Origin: a virus
Lineage: Duplodnaviria > Caudoviricetes
IMG/VR virus record: IMGVR_UViG_3300032303_002003
Span: 32,001-96,000 of that record
Length of the DNA: 64,000 nucleotides
Direction: 5' to 3' (one strand)
A model generated the notes under the pieces. The model saw only the letters and a list, made by a program, of their open reading frames with translations, had not been told where the DNA came from and made no database searches. Of the stretch, positions 9,280 to 19,398 are shown one piece after another. The translations under genes and the position numbers were made by a program. Every line of letters starts with the position of its first letter. Positions within the stretch are counted from its first letter, which is position 1.

Positions 9280-10752
9280 TTACAACATCTTACCCATCAA
9301 ATCTTTGATTCTCAAAAATTGAGGATTTTCGTAAGTTTTTGATTCAATAAGTGTTGTTGAAGAACCTGTAGAAACATTTTTATTTAATTTAGTTTCAACT
9401 GATTCGTTCATTGGTTTACTTTCAACCTTACCTAATTCGTCTTTGATTGACTTATAAAGATTTTTAGATTCTTTTAAAGTCTCAACATCGTCAAATCTTC
9501 TAAGGATGTTTATTTTTTCTTTTTTAGTAGTTGAGTGTTCTGTGAACAATCTTGTAGCGTAAGCTAAATTTGAATTGAAAATTGCAACCTCATTTAACTT
9601 CTCTCTGAATGTATTCAGAGCTTTTCTGTACTCTTCATTTTTTTCTCTCAACATACTAACTTCTTGTGATAGAGTTTCCTCTTTAAGGTTTCTATTAGGT
9701 GTAATTCCTTTTCTAAGTCCGCCACCTTTTCTTGGGCCCATACCCATTGTTCTTGCAGCTTCTTTAGTTTCAGTTTTCTTAACCATTTGGTTTTTACCAC
9801 CCATATTTTCGCCTTTTTTAAACTCAAATTTTGGTTTACCTGTTCCCATAGTTTTTGGTCCTTCTTTCTTGTCTTCTTTAAAACCGCCAGAAGTTTTCTT
9901 GTATTGGAATTTAGGTTTTCCAATTCCGAGTCCTTTAGGTTTCATACCTTTTTTTGCTTTCTTGTGACTGTATGCTTCATCCATTTGCCAAGAATCGTCT
10001 TCGTCCATTTCGTCATAAGACTCATCCATTTCTTCTTCATCGGATTCATCCATTTCAATTTCATAGATTGTCTCATCCATTTCTTCTTCATCGGATTCAT
10101 CCATTTCGTCATAAGACTCATCCATTTCTTCTTCAGATTCTTCATCCATTTCAATTTCATACATAACACCTTCATCTGTTTCGGTGTCAAAATCATCATT
10201 TGAGCTATCATCAAACATTTGTTTAATGATGTCGTCCATTTCTGTGTCGTCCATTTCTGTTTCGTACATTTCGTCTTCAATTGATTCACCAAGTCTGATA
10301 AGATATTCAGAATCTGTGTTATTATCTTTAAGGGTTACATCAGAACCGTCTTTTTTGATAATAATTCCATCTTCTTCACCCATGGCTTTAAAAACTTTGA
10401 GGATTTCTTCATCAGATGCTCCAGTTAAATCAATTGGAGTTTCATCAGAATCCATATCTACGTTCATATCTACGTCATCCATATCGGTGCCCATATCTAC
10501 GTCCATATCAACTTCATCATCTTTATCTGTATCAACATTCACATCTATATCAGTATCTGTGTCTGTATCAACATCTGCGCCAACAACGTCCTCTTCTTCG
10601 TCATCTTGCTCAGAAAGGGATTCTTTTACTAATTGATTGATTTCTTCCTTCATTGTAGAAGCAAGTATTCCTTTTGCATTTTCGGCTATAGCTTCTTCAA
10701 CATTTTTCATTTGAATAAGCGCCTCTTCAACTAAGTTTTTGTTTTCTTGCAT
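9280..10752 (-). CDS. prohead scaffold/core protein (gp22-like position)
   Basis: Very acidic with coiled-coil C-terminus; lies between protease and capsid genes. Confidence 0.75.
   Translation of the reverse strand: MQENKNLVEEALIQMKNVEEAIAENAKGILASTMKEEINQLVKESLSEQDDEEEDVVGADVDTDTDTDIDVNVDTDKDDEVDMDVDMGTDMDDVDMNVDMDSDETPIDLTGASDEEILKVFKAMGEEDGIIIKKDGSDVTLKDNNTDSEYLIRLGESIEDEMYETEMDDTEMDDIIKQMFDDSSNDDFDTETDEGVMYEIEMDEESEEEMDESYDEMDESDEEEMDETIYEIEMDESDEEEMDESYDEMDEDDSWQMDEAYSHKKAKKGMKPKGLGIGKPKFQYKKTSGGFKEDKKEGPKTMGTGKPKFEFKKGENMGGKNQMVKKTETKEAARTMGMGPRKGGGLRKGITPNRNLKEETLSQEVSMLREKNEEYRKALNTFREKLNEVAIFNSNLAYATRLFTEHSTTKKEKINILRRFDDVETLKESKNLYKSIKDELGKVESKPMNESVETKLNKNVSTGSSTTLIESKTYENPQFLRIKDLMGKML
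10004..10165. repeat. internal tandem duplication encoding (EIE)MDES(D)EEEMDESYDEMDE
   Basis: Block tccatttcgtcataagactcatccatttcttcttca occurs twice about 96 bp apart, with shorter sub-repeats. Confidence 0.8.
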
Positions 10753-10877
10753 AGAAAATTTATTTATTTTAACTAATAAATAGTATCAAAAATGAAAAAA
10801 GTTTAGTTTTTTCAGTTGTGAGTGATTATTTTTTTATGGGAAAGGACTTCCGTAGTAATAAATAGTATATAAAAACA

Positions 10878-10904
10878 AAAAAGGTGAGTATTAACTCACC
10901 TTTT
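10878..10904. terminator. intrinsic terminator, likely bidirectional
   Basis: AAAAGGTGAGT/ACTCACCTTTT stem with A and T runs. Confidence 0.75.
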
Positions 10905-10922
10905 AAATAAACCTAATAAATT

Positions 10923-11141
10923 TTAGTCTTCAATAACTTCATCAATTTTACTTTCTGAAACTGAAGTTATTCTCCAATCGTTTGAGAAACCTTCGTATCT
11001 TTTTGTTACTTTAGCTTCAACATCGGTTACTGAGAACCCCTTTACCAATTTTTCTTCTCTAATTTTTTTAATTTTACCTGTTTGGTCATCAGGTAAATCG
11101 TACTGAATTTTTGCTACAAAATACTTTTCATCCATTTCCAT
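10923..11141 (-). CDS. DUF4494-like protein
   Basis: YFVAKIQY...KKIREEKLV.GFSVTDVEAKV resembles the Bacteroidota DUF4494 family (recognised by eye). Confidence 0.6.
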   Translation of the reverse strand: MEMDEKYFVAKIQYDLPDDQTGKIKKIREEKLVKGFSVTDVEAKVTKRYEGFSNDWRITSVSESKIDEVIED

Positions 11142-11147
11142 AATTAT

Positions 11148-11861
11148 TTATTTTCCTAAATAATCGGATAATTTTCTCATTAAATCAATAGAGTGGTCAA
11201 CATCTCCTCCTGATTTTAATTTTTTTTCTTCTTCTAAATTCTCCTCATATTTTTCTCTATCATTTTTATCAGAGAATAAATAAGCGCCTGGTGTAGATGG
11301 AGATGAAACTAAATCAAAACAAATTAATTCAAAATCATCTTGAACTTCATTTCTTTCACCAACTTTTTTAAGTGAACCAACACCCCTTGATGAAATACCA
11401 AGAGTAACTCCTTGTCTCATTAAGTTTGCTGCAATATCTCCCTTTGTTGAAACTATACCTTTTTCGTGAAATCCTGGTGATGTTAATAATTTTAATTTTC
11501 CCATTAAAATGTTATTATCCCACCATATATCTGTAATGATGTGAGATACCCTATCTAAATCAATAAGAGACGATTCAGGGTGATTTAATTCAGAAGTTGA
11601 TAAACCTTTATTTATTGTTGTTTTATATTTATCAGCCTCTCTTTTAAGTATTTTTTCAGGGTAAAATCTACCGTTTCTGTTTGGTGTATTGTATTTTTGT
11701 AGAACAGCATAAAATTCAAACGGATTTCTATAATCCATTAATTTTTGTTCTTGTAAAAATTTTGAGTTAAATCCATCTTTTGGAGATATGTATCCGGCAT
11801 CCATTTCAACAAGAATACCAAATCCTATTTCATTTGCTTCTAAAAGTCTTAATTCTTTCAT
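11148..11861 (-). CDS. prohead core protease (T4 gp21-like)
   Basis: NRNGRFYP, ELNHP, GISSRGVGS and FDLVSSPS motifs. Confidence 0.93.
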   Translation of the reverse strand: MKELRLLEANEIGFGILVEMDAGYISPKDGFNSKFLQEQKLMDYRNPFEFYAVLQKYNTPNRNGRFYPEKILKREADKYKTTINKGLSTSELNHPESSLIDLDRVSHIITDIWWDNNILMGKLKLLTSPGFHEKGIVSTKGDIAANLMRQGVTLGISSRGVGSLKKVGERNEVQDDFELICFDLVSSPSTPGAYLFSDKNDREKYEENLEEEKKLKSGGDVDHSIDLMRKLSDYLGK

Positions 11862-11896
11862 TTATTTCTTTTAAGATAAATATTGCAAATAATGAG

Positions 11897-12325
11897 TTAT
11901 TTTTTTGTGAGGGTAAAATCAAAGTATTTGTTTGAGGTAATGTTGTAATCGTGAATATTATTTACAATTTTTTTTACTGAATTTTTAACTTCATTAGATT
12001 TAAAATCTAATTCATTCTCTGTAAATAAGTTAATCTCTAAATTAAGAAAAGACTTTTTTCCGAAAAAAATTCCACTTGTTCTTAAGTCTAAATCCACAAT
12101 TGATTTTGGTATGAATAGTGTTGTATCAATTGAATCAAATACAGTGTGCTTAAGTTCTCTACTAAAATTACAAACAATCCTATTCCAATTTTCTAACTCT
12201 TCTTTTGGCGATACCCACGATTGAATGTTTATGTATATAGATTTTAGATTCTTAGAATCAACGGTTCCATAAACCGATTTAAATGAATTAGATAAATTCA
12301 ATTTTACACTTTTCCCTTTTTTCAT
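11897..12325 (-). CDS. hypothetical protein
   Basis: 142 aa ORF in head module. Confidence 0.65.
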   Translation of the reverse strand: MKKGKSVKLNLSNSFKSVYGTVDSKNLKSIYINIQSWVSPKEELENWNRIVCNFSRELKHTVFDSIDTTLFIPKSIVDLDLRTSGIFFGKKSFLNLEINLFTENELDFKSNEVKNSVKKIVNNIHDYNITSNKYFDFTLTKK

Positions 12326-12411
12326 TAAGTTCCATAATTAGTTCGTTTATTTTTTATAAAAATAGAAGTAATTATGTGTAATATCAAATTTTTTAATATA
12401 TATTAGGTAAT

Positions 12412-12597
12412 ATGTTAATAGTACAAATAAAAAACGGAGAAAATATTGAGAAGGCACTGAAAACCTTGAAATCTAAGGTGATTAAAACTAAGCAAAATCA
12501 GTCACTTACTAAAAGAAAGGAATATGTGAAAAAATCAGTGACCCGTAGAACTGAGATGTTAAAAGCGAAATATAACGAACAAAGAAAGAAATCTTAA
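12412..12597 (+). CDS. rpsU: ribosomal protein bS21
   Basis: MLIVQIKNGENIEKALK...RKEYVKKSVTRR...KAKY; Bacteroidota-type; opposite strand within head module. Confidence 0.9.
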   Translation: MLIVQIKNGENIEKALKTLKSKVIKTKQNQSLTKRKEYVKKSVTRRTEMLKAKYNEQRKKS

Positions 12598-13286
12598 AGA
12601 GATTCCACCAATTTTTTAAGTTTAAAATAACTTAATTGGTCAAATTTTTCATTTTGTATTTTAAGTATTGTTTCTGAAATTTTTGACTTTGTTTCTTCGT
12701 CTGATTCTTTTTCAATTAATGAATTTAATTTAATTGCTGCGTCATCCTTTAATGAATTAAACTTAATCTTTAAAGATTTTGTATCTTCACTTATAATAGT
12801 TTCCAATTCTTTTTTAGAAGTTTCGTCTAAAGTTTGAATAAAATTTTTAATAGTTTGATTTGCAATTTTAACCATCGAACTAATAGGAATATTTACAGAT
12901 TCTTTAATTTTTGTTTTTTCCTGAGTTAAAACTTTAACTAATTCTTTTTTACTCTCTACTCTTTCTTTAATTGATGTTGAATTATATACTAAATTATCAA
13001 TAACCTTGTAGTTATTATCATTACCAAATTTTTCATTTGGCAAACTTATATTTTCAATTAATTTTTGAATTAAATTAATCCCTTCGTTTACAAATTCAAC
13101 CGCATCACGTTCTGATAATCCTTGAGGGGCTGATAATTCCTCATACAGAGAATACAATTTTGCGATACTTTTATTTTCCAAAACATCTTCTTTAAATCCG
13201 AGTAAAGATTTTTTAAAATTTTTCTTATCTGAATAAGATTCAAGTAATTGATTATCTACGTATGTTTTAATTTGTCCGAATGTCAT
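12594..13286 (-). CDS. hypothetical head-module protein
   Basis: 230 aa helical ORF downstream of portal, TATTTAT upstream. Confidence 0.65.
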   Translation of the reverse strand: MTFGQIKTYVDNQLLESYSDKKNFKKSLLGFKEDVLENKSIAKLYSLYEELSAPQGLSERDAVEFVNEGINLIQKLIENISLPNEKFGNDNNYKVIDNLVYNSTSIKERVESKKELVKVLTQEKTKIKESVNIPISSMVKIANQTIKNFIQTLDETSKKELETIISEDTKSLKIKFNSLKDDAAIKLNSLIEKESDEETKSKISETILKIQNEKFDQLSYFKLKKLVESL

Positions 13287-13309
13287 TTTAATATATTTTA
13301 TAATAAATA

Positions 13310-15160
13310 TTACGAATTTAATAACTTATCTAATTCTATATCCATTTCATTAAAGGAATCTATACCTGTTTCAACATCTAGTATTACCGAACCCTCTATA
13401 AACCTTTTTTCAACTAAAATATTTAAGTTATTCTTTCTTGATTCAGGTGTTATTCCCCCTCCTTCGGGTGGTGGTGCCTCTCCTCCTGGTGGAGGTGGTG
13501 GCGGTGCCCCTAAATCGCCTCCTTCGGGTGGTGGAGCCCCTAAATCAGGTGGTGCAGAAGTTTCTTCTCCAGCAGGTTCAGCACCCGCAGTAGATGTTCC
13601 ACCACTTGCGTTGTTACCATAAAGCTTATCAATAGTATCAAATAAACCTGTTTTAGTAATAACTGTTGCTGTTGATTTAAGTTCTTCTCCCACTGCCTTC
13701 TCAAATCTTTGTTGTAATAAATCAACTCTAATTTCTTCATCTGAAAAACCAAAAATATGTTTTTTAGCCCAAGTGGAAGAAACTGCTTGAATACCATTTC
13801 CTGGGTCTGAAACCAAATCTTTATACAAAAGAATTTTTTCTTTATAAACATCAATTTTAAGTAGGTCCGCTTGAGTAGACGGGTTAGTTAAACCTAAAGT
13901 GAAATTTGATAATTCATCTTCAAATCCAAGTAAAAATAAATGCACAATTGCAACTTTATTTAACTCTTGAATCATACTTTTTTGGATTCTATTGATTGTT
14001 CTTGCAAAACGAATATCCTGTAATGATAAATTTTTACCATCACCTACAACTTCCTCAAAACCTAAAAATGCTTTAGGGACACGAAGAGCCGTTAATAGTT
14101 TCTTTTGAATATATTCGATATCCGCAATTTCTGATAGGTTTGTTGCACCTGGTAAAGTTTCAATTGGACTTGGAGATGCTGGGTCACGAACAGGTACAAA
14201 ATAATCTTGGTCTACAGCCATTTGATTAAATCTCATATCCACATTACCCGTATTCTTATCAACGACTTGTTGTCTTTTAAACTTATCGGCAACACGGTTT
14301 ACGTAAGGTTCAACATCTTCATCATTCATATTACCAACAAACACTTTAAATATTCTTCTTTCAGGCGCTCTTGAGGTACGATAAATTAACATCGCATCTT
14401 CCGATAGTAATAATTGTTTCCAAATTCTTCTAGCCTTTTCCAACATAGAAGTACCATAAGGAAGTTTTCTATCATCACCCAATAATCTAAAGTGTGCGAT
14501 TTCCCAAGATTGGAATGTAATTGCTTTTTGTTTCCAAGTAAAAGTTAATGCCTTTTTAGCTTCAGTCTTACCTAAATCCACTGGATGTTTATCACCCATA
14601 CCAACTTCGTGTCTTTCAATTTCAATATTAGGTAACTGTTGGCAACCAACAACACCCTTTTCAGGGTCTAATTTCAAGTAAACAAAGTTATCACCGAATT
14701 TACAAGTATTTCTTGTCCACATCGGTAAGTTTGTATTGATATCTAAAACATTATTAAACAAATCCGCCAATACAGACTTAATCCTTTTTGATTCGGAATA
14801 AATCTGTAACATAAATCCATCTTCATTAACTGTTGTAGATTCTTCGGCGTATATATCTAACGCTGCGGAAATTTCTGGAGTGTACTCCATAGATTCATAA
14901 TCATAAACAGAAGATAATCTTGTTGGTTCGTAATAAATTGCTTGAGAGTATAAATTATTCTCTACTTTAGCCCACTGTTGTGCTAAATAAAATGTTTGTT
15001 GAGCCTGTAGTTTTTCTCTTTCGTATTCTCCCTTATCTTTAGTTCTTAATAATTCTGTTTTATCAAGTTTGAATTGGGGGTAGTCTTGTCCTAGCAAAGA
15101 ATTGGGTCCGAATGTCTTACCGAGCCTCTGCCATACCGTTAAATTGTTATTTTCAGCCAT
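13310..15160 (-). CDS. portal protein (T4 gp20-like)
   Basis: PEISAALDIYAEE, EDAMLIYRTSRAPERRIF, IETLPG and ALRVPKAFL motifs. Confidence 0.95.
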   Translation of the reverse strand: MAENNNLTVWQRLGKTFGPNSLLGQDYPQFKLDKTELLRTKDKGEYEREKLQAQQTFYLAQQWAKVENNLYSQAIYYEPTRLSSVYDYESMEYTPEISAALDIYAEESTTVNEDGFMLQIYSESKRIKSVLADLFNNVLDINTNLPMWTRNTCKFGDNFVYLKLDPEKGVVGCQQLPNIEIERHEVGMGDKHPVDLGKTEAKKALTFTWKQKAITFQSWEIAHFRLLGDDRKLPYGTSMLEKARRIWKQLLLSEDAMLIYRTSRAPERRIFKVFVGNMNDEDVEPYVNRVADKFKRQQVVDKNTGNVDMRFNQMAVDQDYFVPVRDPASPSPIETLPGATNLSEIADIEYIQKKLLTALRVPKAFLGFEEVVGDGKNLSLQDIRFARTINRIQKSMIQELNKVAIVHLFLLGFEDELSNFTLGLTNPSTQADLLKIDVYKEKILLYKDLVSDPGNGIQAVSSTWAKKHIFGFSDEEIRVDLLQQRFEKAVGEELKSTATVITKTGLFDTIDKLYGNNASGGTSTAGAEPAGEETSAPPDLGAPPPEGGDLGAPPPPPPGGEAPPPEGGGITPESRKNNLNILVEKRFIEGSVILDVETGIDSFNEMDIELDKLLNS

Positions 15161-15198
15161 ATAATAAATTTAATTGAAGTAATCAATATTATAAATAC

Positions 15199-16962
15199 TT
15201 ATCTACCACCAAATAACCAACCATATTTTTTATAGTCTTCCATACCAGGTCCTTGACTTGGAAAATGTCCCATTTTTGGTGCCGCTTGAGGTACTAAAGG
15301 GTTAAAGAAGTTTGAAGAGTTTTTATCTTCATTAACTGATGTTGCCCACGAATTAATCATAGCCTTTGTTTGGTTAACATTCTTTTCTAATTGTTGAAAT
15401 GATTTTTCTCCAACATAGATTGCCATAGAAATAGACATAATACAGTCATCGTGTCCATTTTTTTGGTGGTCGGGTCTTCCATTCATATAAACAAACCCAT
15501 TCATTTCATTATGTAACCTATTTGAACGAACCGCAAAATTATGTCTAATTGCTTCCTCAAAAGATGCAATAATTTGAACTCTTTTGGAGTTAAAATTAAT
15601 TCCTGGTATTTTTTCAGCCATTTTTGGGTCCCATTTCCACTTATTTTGAGTATCCACGTTATCTACGTACATACCACCCTTATAATTCATCTCCTGTAAC
15701 TTCCTTGCAGTTGCAACACCCATTCCTCCTGTTAAATCCGTAACACAGTAAGCATTATACATCGTACCCCATTTATAAGCTATTTCTGCAACAATATCGG
15801 GTGGTACTTTTCCAATATATTCCAACACTTGTTTTCTTTCATCAAAATCAATTATTTGAATACAAGAGAAATCTTCAGAATCTCCCCTTGAAACGTCAAT
15901 ACCCATAACATATTTGTGACCCGCTTCAGGTTCATCAAATATCCATAAAGCGTTGCCCATAAGTTTTGCCTTGGGTTCCTGTATATGATTATTTTTTATT
16001 TTCTGTAATGTTTCAGAATCAAACACGTTATCACCTGAACTTAAAAAGTTACATTCCAACTCCTGAGCCACTTTTCTCCTATCAAATTTGAGTTTTTTAA
16101 CCATTTTCTCAAACCAATCAGAACAAGGTTTATATCCTTTCTCAATATAATCTTTTGTTATTTCGTGGTCTCTTTCATATGGGTTATCTATACTTAAATC
16201 AACAATTGCATCTTTTGGGTATTCTTCTATATTAAGTAAGAAATGAACCAAGTCGGTTGTTTTAACCATATACAAATCTTTTGTATATCTTGGGTCTTTA
16301 TACCAAAACATTTCAGAAATTTTGAAGTCATTCATACTTCTTAATGCTTGGTCGTAAATCTCGTAGTAAATGGGGTCCTGTCCGTTTGGTGTTGATACTA
16401 CAATAACCTTACCACCCGTAGATAGTGATGCCATACAAGCAGCCCAAAAGTCTGAGTCCGCATCAATAAACGCCGCTTCATCAAATATAAGAATAGTAGG
16501 TGTATAACCACGAAGAGCATCTTTTGATGTTGCAACCGCCTTAACCTCACAATCATTATTTAACTTAAAATGTCTTGCGGCGTTCTTTTCGGCTGAAAAT
16601 CCAATACCAACCCAAGATGGCCATTGTTCTGTAAATGACCTTATTTTATTTGCCATCTCAACCGACGTATCAAGTTTGTTTGCGATAATCAAAACTTTTT
16701 CAGGTTTGCTTTTTTTAGCGAATGCAAGTTTTTTTGATGCCCATGCGGCGGTTACTGTAGAAACACCCGCCTGTCTGTATTTTAAAGCAATATTCTCGTT
16801 GTATTTTTCGTAGTCTTCAATAAGACTAATTTGGTCTGGAAATAGGTCTAATGGTACATACTTTGATTTTGTATTATCAAAAGTTTGTAAATACGTTCTT
16901 AACGCATATGGAGTATCTCTCATACACTTTGTAACTTCAATTATTAATTGTTCTTTCGTCAT
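15199..16962 (-). CDS. terminase large subunit (T4 gp17-like)
   Basis: KYRQAGVST Walker A, LIFDEAAF Walker B, STPNG, GIDVSRG and HDD nuclease motifs. Confidence 0.95.
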   Translation of the reverse strand: MTKEQLIIEVTKCMRDTPYALRTYLQTFDNTKSKYVPLDLFPDQISLIEDYEKYNENIALKYRQAGVSTVTAAWASKKLAFAKKSKPEKVLIIANKLDTSVEMANKIRSFTEQWPSWVGIGFSAEKNAARHFKLNNDCEVKAVATSKDALRGYTPTILIFDEAAFIDADSDFWAACMASLSTGGKVIVVSTPNGQDPIYYEIYDQALRSMNDFKISEMFWYKDPRYTKDLYMVKTTDLVHFLLNIEEYPKDAIVDLSIDNPYERDHEITKDYIEKGYKPCSDWFEKMVKKLKFDRRKVAQELECNFLSSGDNVFDSETLQKIKNNHIQEPKAKLMGNALWIFDEPEAGHKYVMGIDVSRGDSEDFSCIQIIDFDERKQVLEYIGKVPPDIVAEIAYKWGTMYNAYCVTDLTGGMGVATARKLQEMNYKGGMYVDNVDTQNKWKWDPKMAEKIPGINFNSKRVQIIASFEEAIRHNFAVRSNRLHNEMNGFVYMNGRPDHQKNGHDDCIMSISMAIYVGEKSFQQLEKNVNQTKAMINSWATSVNEDKNSSNFFNPLVPQAAPKMGHFPSQGPGMEDYKKYGWLFGGR

Positions 16963-16977
16963 ATTATTATAAATAGT

Positions 16978-17012
16978 AAAAACCCTCCAATAGTCGCCTA
17001 AGGGAGGGTTTT
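16978..17012. terminator. intrinsic terminator
   Basis: AAAACCCTCC/GGAGGGTTTT stem. Confidence 0.7.
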
Positions 17013-17029
17013 AATATTATTATGTGATT

Positions 17030-18376
17030 TTATTTTGGCATCGATATACCTAAACCACTTAAAAAATCATCTAAATCATCGTCATCATCATCTTCACCAT
17101 CATTAGAAGGTTCTTCACCTTTTTCTTCTTTTTTCCAATTATCATATTCAGATTTTAAATCTTGAGCTTCACGCATAATTTCTTCAAATCTTGAGGTTGC
17201 TTTCTTATTTTTCTTCTCATCAGTTGAAATTACATCACCCATTATCTGCAAAAACTCTTGAGCTGGAATTTGGTAAAGTTGAATATGGAACCAATTTATT
17301 AAACCTTTATTGTCTTCATCAAACATTTCATCAGGTAATGCAAATCTTAATTTTTCATAAATTTCAGGTCCAATTCTCAATTGCATCGGTTCATTTGCCA
17401 AAGTATCGGTTTGTCCCATTACATTTGCTCTCATACTTGGTTCTTTTGGTAATCCGTGTCTTCCTTTAGACGCTTCAATACCCTTAATAATTTCGTGGCA
17501 TAAGATTGGGAAAAATGCACCTGTAGCAACAATTTTTGTATCGGGTGCCTCTTCTCTATCTCCGCCTTGTTCTTCAAAATTATCTAAATCTTCCTCATCA
17601 GGTTCGTCTAATTCTACTTTACCGGCAACACCTTGTCCTGTTTCAGACATCATTTCAATCATTTGTTCCATACTAAAATAGAAGAAATCATTAATAGCCA
17701 TTATTGTTAAATAATTAGGATATAATCTTGGATTGATTGCGTCTAATCTTCTTTTAACTTCAGGTTTTTGAAATACGTAGTGTCCTTTTTTTGCTGCACC
17801 TTGGATAAGAGCATTAATAATATTTCTTTTATGTTTTTCTAATTCAAATTCTTCTTCAGGAGTTAAATCTTCAATATCAAAAGATGGTATTTGTAATTTT
17901 GGTTTTTCATCACCTTCTTCTTCATCATCATCCTCTTCATCATCTTTTGGTTCTTCGGGAGAATATCTAAAATTTGAAACATCAATTTGTTCCCCCAAAC
18001 GAGGGTCAATAATATACCAACTTGGGTCAGCTTCAGTTTCATCTAAACAAATTTCAACCGCTAAATCTTTAAGAGGTTCTTTTACTCTTGATTCTAAACT
18101 CATAACTTCTTGGGCCTTTCTCATCATTTCACCAATAAGCATTTGTTTAACTTGTCCTGTGCTTAAATCTTGAATACCTGTAACTTCTTTTAGTTTATCA
18201 ACAACTTTTCCAAATCTTGATGAAACAAGTTTTTGTACATCTTGTACTCCACCTTTTAAAGCTGGATTTTTAGCGTATAAACTTTCGGGGTCACCTAGTT
18301 TTCTTTCTAAATTTGGGTCCATTCTTTCAGGTCTGCCACCATAATCAATTTGTTCTTTTATTCTTTTTTTATTCAT
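17030..18376 (-). CDS. hypothetical acidic protein
   Basis: 448 aa ORF upstream of terminase. Confidence 0.7.
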   Translation of the reverse strand: MNKKRIKEQIDYGGRPERMDPNLERKLGDPESLYAKNPALKGGVQDVQKLVSSRFGKVVDKLKEVTGIQDLSTGQVKQMLIGEMMRKAQEVMSLESRVKEPLKDLAVEICLDETEADPSWYIIDPRLGEQIDVSNFRYSPEEPKDDEEDDDEEEGDEKPKLQIPSFDIEDLTPEEEFELEKHKRNIINALIQGAAKKGHYVFQKPEVKRRLDAINPRLYPNYLTIMAINDFFYFSMEQMIEMMSETGQGVAGKVELDEPDEEDLDNFEEQGGDREEAPDTKIVATGAFFPILCHEIIKGIEASKGRHGLPKEPSMRANVMGQTDTLANEPMQLRIGPEIYEKLRFALPDEMFDEDNKGLINWFHIQLYQIPAQEFLQIMGDVISTDEKKNKKATSRFEEIMREAQDLKSEYDNWKKEEKGEEPSNDGEDDDDDDLDDFLSGLGISMPK

Positions 18377-19013
18377 TGTCTAAAATTTTCATTATTGCGT
18401 TAATTACTTCAGTTTTTGCTCTTTCAGGTGAAATTGCTCTTGGGGCTTCTTTCTCACCAGGGTTTGGATTTTGACCGGGACTTATTGGTCTTGGTCTAGT
18501 TGTAGGTTTTGTCACCGGTTTTGTAGGTGCGGTTGTTGTATCTTCCGAAAGATATTGTAATAAATCACCTTTACTGATTCTTGGTGGTATATGTTTTTCT
18601 ACTATTCTCATAATTTCGTTTTCTAAAAACAAAGATACAGGATTTTTTCCTTCTTTCAAACTTTTTTTTACTGCTTGAACGCATCTTTCAAATTTTCTTG
18701 TTTTTTTAGGTCCGACTTGAGAGTGACATATAGCCCAAGGATTAGGTTCAGATTTTTTGATTTTCTTTTTACCTTCTTCCATTTCAGCATCAGTTTCGGT
18801 CATACTTACATTAACTCCTTGAGTGTTTAGATTTTTAGCGATGCTTGCGGCGTTTGGATTTTTACTACTAACAAAAGTAGTCGCCTTTGATGTTGTTTGT
18901 TCTCCAACCATTTTACTATGTAACTCATCAATTTGAAATTCTGTTAACTTTGAAACAGTCTTGGATGATAATCCTGATTCTATCAGTTGAAGTGCCTTTA
19001 TATTATTTTTCAT
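18369..19013 (-). CDS. hypothetical protein with NPWAIC...KFERC module
   Basis: ORF track; ATG start MKNNIK preferred over upstream TTG. Confidence 0.65.
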   Translation of the reverse strand: MKNNIKALQLIESGLSSKTVSKLTEFQIDELHSKMVGEQTTSKATTFVSSKNPNAASIAKNLNTQGVNVSMTETDAEMEEGKKKIKKSEPNPWAICHSQVGPKKTRKFERCVQAVKKSLKEGKNPVSLFLENEIMRIVEKHIPPRISKGDLLQYLSEDTTTAPTKPVTKPTTRPRPISPGQNPNPGEKEAPRAISPERAKTEVINAIMKILDNE

Positions 19014-19398
19014 ATACAACTTTTTTTTCAAACTCAAGGATTAAATCCTTTTCGTATAATAAATCTTTTATTTTTTGTTCTGTATCATTAAACCTAAAAA
19101 CCATTCTCGGTTGTTTAACCGTATCGTCCTCTTCCCACGCTAAAGCAACAACCCCATCCACTGCATCAATCATCGAAAAATAATCGGAGTTTTGAATTAA
19201 CTCCAACTTTATGTTAGTGTCCCTCAAAACTCCTACTTTTGTAATATATTTTAGTTCAGGTGGTAAAGGGTAACCATTACAAGGTTTACTATCCCATCCA
19301 TCTCCCCAAACTTCTTGTTCATCCGAAAAAATAAATTCATAAATGTTATCACCTTTAAAGTTTGGTCCCAAACCATTAACATAAATTAGATAACTCAT
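19003..19398 (-). CDS. hypothetical protein
   Basis: 131 aa ORF overlapping both neighbours in operon fashion. Confidence 0.7.
   Translation of the reverse strand: MSYLIYVNGLGPNFKGDNIYEFIFSDEQEVWGDGWDSKPCNGYPLPPELKYITKVGVLRDTNIKLELIQNSDYFSMIDAVDGVVALAWEEDDTVKQPRMVFRFNDTEQKIKDLLYEKDLILEFEKKVVYEK

Noticed and set aside
9575-10640. Several overlapping ORFs within the scaffold gene
   Set aside because: Shadow frames of a low-complexity acidic repeat; the same applies to shadows in portal, 19395..20633, clpC and thyA
15199-16962. Intein or intron in terminase, capsid or thyA
   Set aside because: Frames are continuous with no splice-junction motifs or embedded endonuclease domain
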